DNA of 32,450 nt, from the NCBI GenBank assembly GCA_016214355.1, contig JACROO010000005.1, positions 1-32,450 of the forward strand. Reading direction: 5' to 3'. Below are positions 16,490-24,600 of the stretch, in pieces. This DNA is from Nitrospirota bacterium (lineage in GTDB: Bacteria > Nitrospirota > Thermodesulfovibrionia > UBA6902 > DSMQ01). The position numbers were made by a program, and so were the translations under genes. Below the pieces are notes generated by a model. The model was given only the letters and a program-made list of their open reading frames with translations. It ran no database searches and had not been told where the DNA came from. Each line of letters opens with the position of its first letter. The stretch's first letter is position 1.

Positions 16490-17077
16490 ATGGATTTTAA
16501 CAAGCTTTTTGAACTGGTAGTATCGGCTTCTTTGATAAACAACTTTGTTTTCACAAGATTCCTGGGGCTCTGCATCTTCTTTGGCGTCACAAGAAAAATG
16601 GAAACCGCTATTGGCATGAGCATAACCTTTGTCTCCGTCATGGTAATAAGTGCAACTCTAAGCTGGCTGGTTTTTGAAAACATAATGATTCCCCTTGATA
16701 TAACATTTCTTAAAATTATTGTGTTTATCGGCATAATAGCAACATTTGTGCAGTCTGCCGATACGATTATGAAGAAAGTAAGCCCTACAATGTATTATAA
16801 ACTCGGCGTCTATCTTGCGCTTATCACGACGAACTGCATAACACTTGCGGTTCCGTTGATACATGCCGGCGAAGGATATACCCTCATAGAGAGCATTGCA
16901 TTTGGACTTGGTTCAGGATTAGGTTTTGCGCTTGCACTCGTCATAATGGCAAGTATCAGGGAGAAACTGGAGTTAGCCGAAGTGCCTGCACCGTTTAAGG
17001 GTCTTCCGATATCCTTTATTGTTGCAGGGCTTATAGCGCTTGCATTTACCGGATTTTCGGGTTTGATAACGCTGTGA
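16490..17077 (+). CDS. rnfA: Rnf complex subunit A
   Basis: 195 aa, 6 TM. NNFVFTRFLGLC ... ALITTNC is typical of RnfA/NqrE. GGAGG RBS. Confidence 0.9.
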   Translation: MDFNKLFELVVSASLINNFVFTRFLGLCIFFGVTRKMETAIGMSITFVSVMVISATLSWLVFENIMIPLDITFLKIIVFIGIIATFVQSADTIMKKVSPTMYYKLGVYLALITTNCITLAVPLIHAGEGYTLIESIAFGLGSGLGFALALVIMASIREKLELAEVPAPFKGLPISFIVAGLIALAFTGFSGLITL

Positions 17078-17082
17078 AAAAT

Positions 17083-17113
17083 AGTGCGATAGAGCGGAAG
17101 TGCGGTAGTGCAG
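17083..17113. repeat. AGTGCGNN 8-mer array
   Basis: agtgcgat agagcgga agtgcggt agtgcag, immediately after the rnfA stop. Confidence 0.75.
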
Positions 17114-17135
17114 AAAAATAAAACTGGTTTAATTT

Positions 17136-17204
17136 GTCATTCCCACGAAAGTGGGAATCCAGAAAGAAGAAAATATGGATTCCTGCTTCCGCAGGAATGA
17201 CAGG
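17136..17204. repeat. Family-B double-hairpin element
   Basis: gtcATTCCCACgaaaGTGGGAATccag ... ggATTCCTGCttccGCAGGAATgac has two 8-bp stems. The outer gtcattcc/ggaatgac arms are complementary. Confidence 0.85.
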
Positions 17205-17350
17205 AAAAAAGTAGAAAGCATATGTTTAATATTTCGATAATAAAAAAGACGTCAATATTTACTACTACCATATTGCTCTGCACATCTCCCCTTTATGCTG
17301 GTGTCGGCGCCGGGGTTGAAGCACGCGAATCCGTCAATCTTATTGAAGTG

Positions 17351-18400
17351 ATGAAGTTTACTGCGATTTTTTTAGCCGGGATCAGCGCTGTATTTGGCAT
17401 AGGGCTTGCCTTTGCTGCCAGAAAATTCGCCGTCCAGACCGACCCCCGTGTTGAACAGGTCTTAGATGTCCTTGCGCATGCACACTGCGGTGCCTGCGGT
17501 TACGCAGGTTGCCAGCAATACGCAGAGGCAGTTGTCTTAAAACCCGAGGTTCCGCCCAATTTATGCACACCCGGAAGGGCTCCGACTGCCGAAGCAGTAG
17601 GGAAAATCACAGGCAAGTCTGCAGGGGCCGTAGAGCCTAAAATTGCACGGATATTCTGCCAGGGCGGTTTATCAAGGTCTGCAAGAAAATTCAAATATGA
17701 AGGCATAGAGGACTGCAGGGCTGCCATACTTGCAGGCGGAGGCGACAAGACATGTACTTACGGGTGTCTTGGTTACGGGACATGCTCCAGTGTTTGCCAA
17801 TTCGGTGCAATAACCATGAGTGACGACCACCTGCCGGTGGTTAACCCTGTAAAATGTACCGCCTGCGGAAAATGCGCCCAGGCATGCCCCACCAAGGTCA
17901 TTGAGATTCTGCCGTCAGCAAAAGAGGTCATTATAAGGTGTCATTCAAAAGACAAAGGTGCAGATACAAGAAAGAACTGTCAGACAGGATGTATTGCCTG
18001 CGGGATATGCGTAAAGGTCTGTCCTTATAACGCACCTGTGATAGAAAACAATCTCGCAAGGATTAATCTTGATAAGTGCAGGGTCTGCGGTTTATGCGTA
18101 GCAAAATGCCCTACAAAAGCAATTATGGACTACATACCGCACAGGCCAAAGGCATTTATTACCGATAAATGCAACGGCTGTGCAATCTGTTCCAAGGTAT
18201 GCCCTGTGAATGCAATATCAGGCGAGCACAAAAAACTTCATATTGTAAACCATAACAGATGTATTGGCTGCGGCATATGCACATCCAGATGCCCTGTGGT
18301 TGCCATCACAGGAACGTTCAACTACATGGAAATTGCTCAGGCTGCGGCTACCAAAAAGGCTGCTGCAAAGACCAAGGAAACAGAAGCTGCTGCCTACTAA
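17351..18400 (+). CDS. rnfB: Rnf complex subunit B, long polyferredoxin form
   Basis: From ATG 17351, MKFTAIFLAGISAVFGIGLAFAARKFAV...HCGACGYAGCQQYAEA aligns with the E. coli RsxB N-terminus. There are five CxxCxxCxxxCP motifs plus further Cys clusters, and an Ala/Lys-rich C-terminal tail. The track start at 17222 adds 43 unsupported residues. Confidence 0.88.
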   Translation: MKFTAIFLAGISAVFGIGLAFAARKFAVQTDPRVEQVLDVLAHAHCGACGYAGCQQYAEAVVLKPEVPPNLCTPGRAPTAEAVGKITGKSAGAVEPKIARIFCQGGLSRSARKFKYEGIEDCRAAILAGGGDKTCTYGCLGYGTCSSVCQFGAITMSDDHLPVVNPVKCTACGKCAQACPTKVIEILPSAKEVIIRCHSKDKGADTRKNCQTGCIACGICVKVCPYNAPVIENNLARINLDKCRVCGLCVAKCPTKAIMDYIPHRPKAFITDKCNGCAICSKVCPVNAISGEHKKLHIVNHNRCIGCGICTSRCPVVAITGTFNYMEIAQAAATKKAAAKTKETEAAAY

Positions 18401-18617
18401 AAAACTGATTGGTTATTAAAATTTTTATGATTGAGCTGAAACGCACAACCAATTCATTAACCGATTACGCCGAAGGGCAATACACAAAGTCAGGGGTTCA
18501 GTTTTGCGGCTTTCAGCAAAATTATTAAGCCGCATTCAAAATCAAAATACCATGTTGACTTAATATGTAAAATTTTGTTAGTTTATAACTTTATATCTTT
18601 ATAAATGAGGTTTAAAT

Positions 18618-19163
18618 ATGGCAAAGAAAAAAACTAAAAAAACAATAGCAAAAAAGGCAACAAAAAAAGGCAAGAAACAAACTCCAAAAGCGCCTAAAAA
18701 ACAGGTGAAACCAAAAAAAGTTGTAAAAGAAACCAAAAAAATAGACGTTAAGAAACCAGCAGCTAAGAAAACAGAAACCAAAAAAATAGGCAAAGTCTCC
18801 CCAAGGGAAAAGAAAATACTTGAGATTAAGAAAAGTCTCTTGTCTCAGAAAGAAATGCTGCTTAAAGAAGCTGAAGAGGCGTTAAACAGCCTGCCCGGTG
18901 AGATAAACTTTCCTGATATGGGGGACCAGGCCACCGCAGAAACTGACAGGAATTTCATGCTCAGGTTAAGGGACAGGGAGCGTATGCTTCTGAAAAAGAT
19001 TGACGAAACGCTTGAGCAGATTGACAGCGCAACTTATGGCATCTGCAGTGAATGCGGCAATGGAATAGACATCAAGCGTCTGGAGGCAAGACCTGTCACT
19101 ACCTTATGCATAGACTGCAAGGTTCGTCAGGAAGAAGAAGAACGGATAGCAGAAGGCAGATAA
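18618..19163 (+). CDS. dksA: DksA-type RNA-polymerase-binding zinc-finger protein with a lysine-rich N-terminal extension of about 60 aa
   Basis: The C-terminal 120 aa parallel E. coli DksA: tip DMGDQA (DxxDxA), LRLRDRERMLLKKIDETLEQI, and C4 finger CSECGNGIDIKRLEARPVTTLCIDC. The N-terminus is MAKKKTKKTIAKKATKKGKKQTPKAPKKQVKPKK... GAGG RBS. Confidence 0.85.
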   Translation: MAKKKTKKTIAKKATKKGKKQTPKAPKKQVKPKKVVKETKKIDVKKPAAKKTETKKIGKVSPREKKILEIKKSLLSQKEMLLKEAEEALNSLPGEINFPDMGDQATAETDRNFMLRLRDRERMLLKKIDETLEQIDSATYGICSECGNGIDIKRLEARPVTTLCIDCKVRQEEEERIAEGR

Positions 19164-19190
19164 TTAAAACAACGTAATAAATCAATTTGC

Positions 19191-19421
19191 AAAATCCCCC
19201 TACATCCCCCTTTTCCAAAGGGGGAATTTTTCTGCGGGTTCAGGTTTGTAACCTGAACCCAATATTCAATCCGTTGTCAACCCATATTTATCAAATAAAC
19301 GGGATAAACGGGTTCAATTTTGTAAATTGAACCCGCAAGAAGGGGAATTTTCCCCTCTATCAAGAGGGGATTAAGGGGTGTGTTTCCCCTCTTTAGTAAA
19401 GAGGGGTTAGGGGAGATTTTA
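19191..19421. repeat. 231-bp nested cluster: three family-A palindromes flanking two GGGTTCA hairpins
   Basis: Family-A copies at 19191-19231, 19341-19378 and 19383-19421. Hairpins GGGTTCAGGTT-tgt-AACCTGAACCC (19236-19260) and CGGGTTCAATTT-tgt-AAATTGAACCCG (19309-19335, a perfect 12-bp stem) are arranged symmetrically. Confidence 0.9.
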
Positions 19422-19431
19422 GAAACAGACT

Positions 19432-20232
19432 CTATTTAATCGTATAGTCCATCTTGTCTCTTAACGCGTCTCCGGCTATATTAAAACAGACAGTTGCAAT
19501 AAATATAGCACCGCCTGCAAACACCACCATCCACGGCGAAGACAATATATAAACCCTGTTAAGGCTAATCATTGAGCCCCATGTCGGCATTGGAGGCTGT
19601 GCCCCAAGCCCCAGGAAACTCAGGGCTGACTCCGTAAGCAGATAACCTCCTAATTTAAGCCCTAACACAACAAGACTAAGAGGCAGGCAGTTGGGGAAAA
19701 TATGCCTGATGATAATCCTTGCATCCGAGCATCCAATTGTCCGCGCAGCATCAATATAAGGTGATTCCTTGAGACTCAGTACATGCCCTCTGATAAGCCT
19801 TGCAAAAGATGACCAGCCGACAGCCGCAATAGCTATCACAACTGTAAAAATACCCGGGGGAAAGATTACAGAAATTCCTATCGCAAGCAAAAGTGAGGGA
19901 AATGAGAGTATAAGGTCAACAAACATCATAACAGCCATATCTATCCTGCCGCCGTAATAACCCGACATAAGACCCACTGCAAGCCCTATACAGACGGAAA
20001 TAATACCTGCCACTAATGCAATACCAACTGAATACCTCCCTCCGTAAAGGACACGGCTTAAAATATCCCTGCCCTTATTGTCAGTCCCGAATGGATGCTT
20101 GAGACTTGGAGGCTCTTTAAGGTTATCAAGGTCTATTTTCAAAGGGTCATACGGCGTAAGCACAGGGGCAAATACCGAGCATAATACCAAAATAATCAGG
20201 ATTGCGAGTGCTGTTTTACTTATAAGACTCAC
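19432..20232 (-). CDS. ABC transporter permease, OppC/DppC (peptide/nickel) family
   Basis: 266 aa with a GTG start. PFGTDNKGRDILSRVLYGGR is typical of DppC. It has the EAA-loop region and overlaps the upstream permease by 17 nt. Confidence 0.85.
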   Translation of the reverse strand: MSLISKTALAILIILVLCSVFAPVLTPYDPLKIDLDNLKEPPSLKHPFGTDNKGRDILSRVLYGGRYSVGIALVAGIISVCIGLAVGLMSGYYGGRIDMAVMMFVDLILSFPSLLLAIGISVIFPPGIFTVVIAIAAVGWSSFARLIRGHVLSLKESPYIDAARTIGCSDARIIIRHIFPNCLPLSLVVLGLKLGGYLLTESALSFLGLGAQPPMPTWGSMISLNRVYILSSPWMVVFAGGAIFIATVCFNIAGDALRDKMDYTIK

Positions 20233-21166
20233 CTATTCTCACCCTCGGGTCAAGATAATGATATAAAATGTCAACGATGATGTTTATCAATACAAATACA
20301 GTCGTGCCGATTAAAAGACAGCCCATCACGACCGGATAATCCCTTTTGATGATACCTTCCATAGTAAATCTCCCGATGCCGTCCCATCCAAAGATTGTCT
20401 CAGTGAGTACCGCACCGTTAAGATAACTTCCGAAATCAAGCCCTATTATTGTGACAAGCGGTATCATTGCGTTTTTAAGCACATGCCTGAACATTATCGC
20501 CCTCTCCTTAAGCCCCTTAGCCCTTGCAGTCTTTATGAAAGGCTGTCCAATTATTTCAAGTATTATGGTTCTTGAGACCCTTGCAATAGAGGCGCATGCG
20601 GGAAGAGAAAGCGTGACTGCAGGCAGGATGAGAAAGCTTAAATCGCCTGTTCCTGAAGGCGGCAACCATTTTAAATAAAGAGAAAAGATATACATCAAAA
20701 TAAGCCCAATCCAGAAGACAGGCAGGCTGATGCCTCCGATTGAAATAAGGGAAATAAACTCCCCTAAAAATCTTTTTTTGTTTGTGCCTGAGACATAGCA
20801 TCTTGCGGAGATAACGCTGAGCACAATGCCGGCAGGAACTGCAATAAGCATGGCAGTAACAGCGAGTTTAATTGTATTGGGAAATTTCTCAATTACATCA
20901 CGTGCAACATCTCTCTGCGTGTAATAAGAACGGCCCAAGTCTCCTCTCATCAGAAGCCCGACATATCCGGCAAACTGCGAGAGGAAATTTTTGTCCGTTC
21001 CGATCTGCTCTTTAATATGCTCTATAGTTTCAGGGCTTGCCCTTTCTCCAACGAGGCTTAAAACAGGGTCCCCGGGCAATGCCTTTATAAGGGCAAAGGT
21101 TATAAAAGTAATGCCGAGAAGAAGGGGAATTAATAAAAAAAGCCTTTTAAGGATGTATATTTTAAT
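20216..21166 (-). CDS. ABC transporter permease, OppB/DppB family, apparent ATT start codon
   Basis: The reading frame is open up to 21166. (I)KIYILKRLFLLIPLLLGITFITFALIKALPGDPV aligns residue for residue with the DppB N-terminus MLQFILRRL...PGDPV. There is no ATG/GTG/TTG in that stretch. AGGAGG lies 6 nt upstream of the ATT. The track start at 21079 is an internal Leu. Confidence 0.8.
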   Translation of the reverse strand: MKIYILKRLFLLIPLLLGITFITFALIKALPGDPVLSLVGERASPETIEHIKEQIGTDKNFLSQFAGYVGLLMRGDLGRSYYTQRDVARDVIEKFPNTIKLAVTAMLIAVPAGIVLSVISARCYVSGTNKKRFLGEFISLISIGGISLPVFWIGLILMYIFSLYLKWLPPSGTGDLSFLILPAVTLSLPACASIARVSRTIILEIIGQPFIKTARAKGLKERAIMFRHVLKNAMIPLVTIIGLDFGSYLNGAVLTETIFGWDGIGRFTMEGIIKRDYPVVMGCLLIGTTVFVLINIIVDILYHYLDPRVRIGESYK

Positions 21167-21226
21167 TTGAAACCTCCTTGTATGACACTTTTCTTAAAAA
21201 CCATAGTAATTATACTCTATCCGAAA

Positions 21227-21299
21227 TGGAGGTGAGCGGGATCGAACCGCCGGCCTTCTCGTTGCGAACGAGACGCTCTCCCAACTGAGCTACACCCCC
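21227..21299 (-). tRNA. tRNA-Ala (anticodon CGC)
   Basis: The reverse complement GGGGGTG TA GCTC AGTTGGGA GAGC G TCTCG TTCGCAA CGAGA AGGCC GGCGG TTCGATC CCGCT CACCTCC A forms a full cloverleaf. It has the G3:U70 alanine identity pair. CCA is not encoded. Confidence 0.95.
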
Positions 21300-21332
21300 G
21301 GCAAAAATTTACGAAGCAAATTTTTGAGTTAA

Positions 21333-21361
21333 AAGTGAATAGTATTCAGTAAATAGTAAAA
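21333..21361. repeat. AGTNNNN heptamer array upstream of the tRNA
   Basis: aagtgaat agtattc agtaaat agtaaaa. It is preceded by a perfect 9-bp hairpin CAAAAATTT-acgaagc-AAATTTTTG (21302-21326). Confidence 0.6.
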
Positions 21362-21401
21362 CAAAAAATATATTTTCCGTCAAATCTACAACAATAGTTA
21401 A

Positions 21402-21431
21402 TTGACGCATCTTTTTTTGTTTATGTATTAT
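21402..21431 (+). promoter_or_regulatory. Candidate sigma-70 promoter for tamB-bamA (TTGACG-18-TATTAT)
   Basis: -35 TTGACG at 21402-21407 and -10 TATTAT at 21426-21431. It would give a leader of about 255 nt that contains the MITE-like element. Confidence 0.35.
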
Positions 21432-21469
21432 ACATTAGTGTAATGATAAGATTTTAAAAAAGTTTAACG

Positions 21470-21630
21470 ATTGAGGCTCTTGCAAAAGTCGTCATTCCCG
21501 TGCAAACGGGAATCAAGAAGTTTTTGCAGCATATTGAAAAGACTGGATTCCCACTGGAGTTTACCCTCATGAAAATGGGGGTGAGAATGACAAATTCTTC
21601 TCTTTTTATGACTTTTGCAAGAGACTCAAT
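21470..21630. mobile_element. MITE-like 161-bp element: 23-bp terminal inverted repeats enclosing a family-B double hairpin
   Basis: Left end ATTGAGGCTCTTGCAAAAGTCGTCAT against right end ATGACTTTTGCAAGAGACTCAAT. Inside are gtcattCCCGTgcaaACGGGaatc and ACCCTCATgaaaATGGGGGTgagaatgac. No coding capacity. Confidence 0.6.
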
Positions 21631-21694
21631 TTTAATATAAATTTTTGAATTAATTGGAGTTGCAGTATTAGTAATTTCATAGGCTTATAAAAAA

Positions 21695-24600
21695 ATGGCT
21701 AAATTATTATCCGAGAAAAAATTATTAAGGTATCTTACATTAGTATTTTCAGCAATATTTTTTATAGCACTCATATTTTTTCTTCTGAGAGGTCCATATC
21801 TGTCAAATTCCATAAAGAGGCTTATCCTCCCTGTGCTGGAGAAGGCAACCGGCGAAAGGATACTCATAGACAAGGCTGCTGTTAATCTCTTTCCGTTTTA
21901 CCTGCAGGCAAAAGAATTCAAGGTTTTTGACAAAGACGGGGACAGATTATTAAGAATAACAAAAATTCGAGCCTATATAGATTTCTCAGGATTATTTTTC
22001 AAGGAAATACGGATAAGACGGTTAACTATAAGGGAACCTGAACTGGCTGTGGAAAAAAAAGAATTAGAGAGCGTCATAAATTCAATCAAGCAGTATCTGG
22101 AAAATAAAAAAGATGAAGACATCAGCGTAAGCCTGAAAAGTGCAAAGATAACAGACGGGAAGTTTACCTTGTCGGATGCAGAAACACAGACGACTGTCTC
22201 AGGCAGAGAACTTCGTTCGGAGCTGGCAGTAAAAAATAGTATTACAGCAATGCTGTCACTAAAATATGCAGGTCTGAAATTGCCCAACCTCCCTGAAGTT
22301 AAAGGCAGCCTTGAAGGGACGCTAAAGACAGACGGCAGCAAATTTGAGTTCTCCGGGGTAAAGTTTATCTCCTCGGGCTCTGTAATTAACGCAGCCGGCA
22401 AAATAAATCCTTTTGCAAAAGATAACTCCACGCGGGGAATCTTTTCAGGGGATGCTAACATACTCATCTCCACAATCAGAAAGATTTTTAATCTGCAAAA
22501 AGAAAGGGATGGTGAATTGTCTCTTAATGGCACGTTAGACCTGATTGCTCCGCAGCAGACAGAACGCAGTCAACAGCCCGCACTTAACAAGGGCAATTTA
22601 AACATCAAGCTCAATCTTAAAACAAAAGGCTGGTTTTATCTTGAGACATTAATGGAATTGCTTAAAATAGATGAGAACATCTCCGGGCTTATATCCCTTA
22701 ATGGAAAAATCCAGGGGGTCTATCCTGATTTGTCGGGCGATGCTGACCTAACTTTTAAAAACGGCATGCTGGCAACCCTTCCCATAGACAGTGCAGCAGG
22801 TATCATAAAGTATAAAAACAAACGATTCAGCCTTGAGGATTTTACTGCACATACCTATGAAGGCGAACTCAAAGGCAATGCGTATCTTTACATACCCTCC
22901 GGCAACTATTCTGTAACTGCTGATGTGACGAATATTAACAGCCCTGAATTCTTAAAGTTTATTCAATGGGAGCCGCCATTCCCAAGAGGTAAAATCAGCG
23001 GGAACTTTGAACTAATTAAAGAATATAACGAGGATTTTGATATCAGGGCAGCAGTAAGTTACATAAATACCACAACGGAAGGCACTGAACTAAAAGACAG
23101 ATTAAACCGCATAAAAGGGAACATTGAGTTAGGCAAAGGGATTCTCAGGATTAATCATTCTCAATTTTCAACAGCCCTTTCTGACCTCTTTCTTAACGGC
23201 GATATAGACTTAAATAATAACAAACTTAATCTTGACCTTGAACTCAAGAGCAGGGATGCCGCAGATCTGACATCTCCTCACTATAACGGTTTAAGGGCGC
23301 CTGTCAGGTTCAGGGGAAAAGCCACAGGTTCCACTATGGACCCAGAAATTCCTGGGCATATAGAGATAGGGACGGGCAGCGTCAATTGTGTATCATTCAA
23401 CTCAATATCAGGAGATTTAACCTACAGTATAAAAACTCTTCTGGTTAAATCACTGACGATTGAAGAAGGAAAATCTACTTATGACATCTCGGGGAATATC
23501 AGATTCAAAAAGGCAACTAAACTATTTTCCTTTGACAGCCCTTATTATGATGCTGCAGCCGTTATTAAAAACGGAGATGCCGGTTCACTCCTGACTGCGG
23601 CGAGTTCCCTGACCGCCGAATGCAGACAAATCCCGATAACAGGTTCCATTAACGGCGAGTTAACCTTTAAAGGCGATGCAAGAGATTTCAGCGGAAAAGG
23701 AGAACTCAACCTAAATAACGGTGTTGTTTCCGGTCAAACAGTTGACCATGCGGTTATCAGGGCAGTGCTTACGCCGCAGAAGATAGATTTTCTATCCGTA
23801 GAAGTTATCAGCGGACATTCAAGAGTCAATGCAAAGGGGGCATTATATTTTGATGGAAGAATTGACGCATCAGCCGCATCAGAGAACATTGAGCTAAGAG
23901 ATATAACATCCCTTGCCAATTCCAGTAATTACCTTGCAGCCAATATTAACGGGAAGGTTAGTGCGGACATCAAAGGGTCAGGGACAATTAAAAACCCTGA
24001 GGTAAAATTTTTCCTGAACATTCTTGAAAGCAGCTTCAGGGGCTCAAAGATAGGCAGAGGTGCTGTCAACGGAAAATTAAAAGACAACCGGTTTTTCGTT
24101 AAAGCCGAATTGCTTGAAGGGATAGTTACAGCAGATGCCGCCGGTATTTTTTCCAAGCCGGTGGAATGGGATATGACTGTAATCTTCAAAAAAGGCAATT
24201 ATGATTTCCTTCTGTCAGGTTTGCTGAAAGAGGTGCCGTCACGCAGTGCGGTGACGGTATCATTGGAAGGAATTACAAAATTTGCAGGTCAGGGCAGCAA
24301 AGTCTCAATGGACTCCAAGTTTAGTTTTATGGACTTCAGCCTGTACGGGTACAATCTGAAAAATAAAAAAGACGTTGTTTTAAAATTATCCGAGAATGAA
24401 TTTATGATTAAGTCTTTATCACTTGCAGGGAAAGACGCTGATATTTCTGCCTCAGGAACGGTTAAAATTGGCCAGAATTACAACATAGGGGTAGACGGCA
24501 GGATAAACCTTGAGCCGCTGCGGACAGCAAGTAAAGCCATTGAATCGCTTCAGGGAGAAGGAAATCTCGCAATCGGAATTTCAGGACCATGGGACACCCC

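Noticed and set aside
17222-17350. A 43-codon N-terminal extension of rnfB (MFNISIIKKTSIFTTTILLCTSPLYAG...), which could be a lipoprotein-like leader.
   Set aside because: The RnfB/RsxB alignment starts at MKFTAIFLAG (ATG 17351). The extension follows directly from repeat DNA, has no RBS and has no convincing lipobox.
18505-18534. TGCGGCTT-n14-AAGCCGCA hairpin after rnfB, a possible terminator.
   Set aside because: No T-run follows (ttcaaaatc) and the loop is large, so there is not enough evidence to call a terminator.
18599-18793. 64-aa minus-strand ORF (MPIFLVSVFLAAGFLTSIFLV...) that looks like a small membrane protein.
   Set aside because: It is the antisense reading of the AAA/AAG-rich lysine tail of dksA (poly-Phe/Leu from TTT/CTT), a compositional artefact.
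21685-21873. 62-aa minus-strand ORF overlapping the tamB start.
   Set aside because: It is antisense to the tamB N-terminal anchor region and has no independent support.
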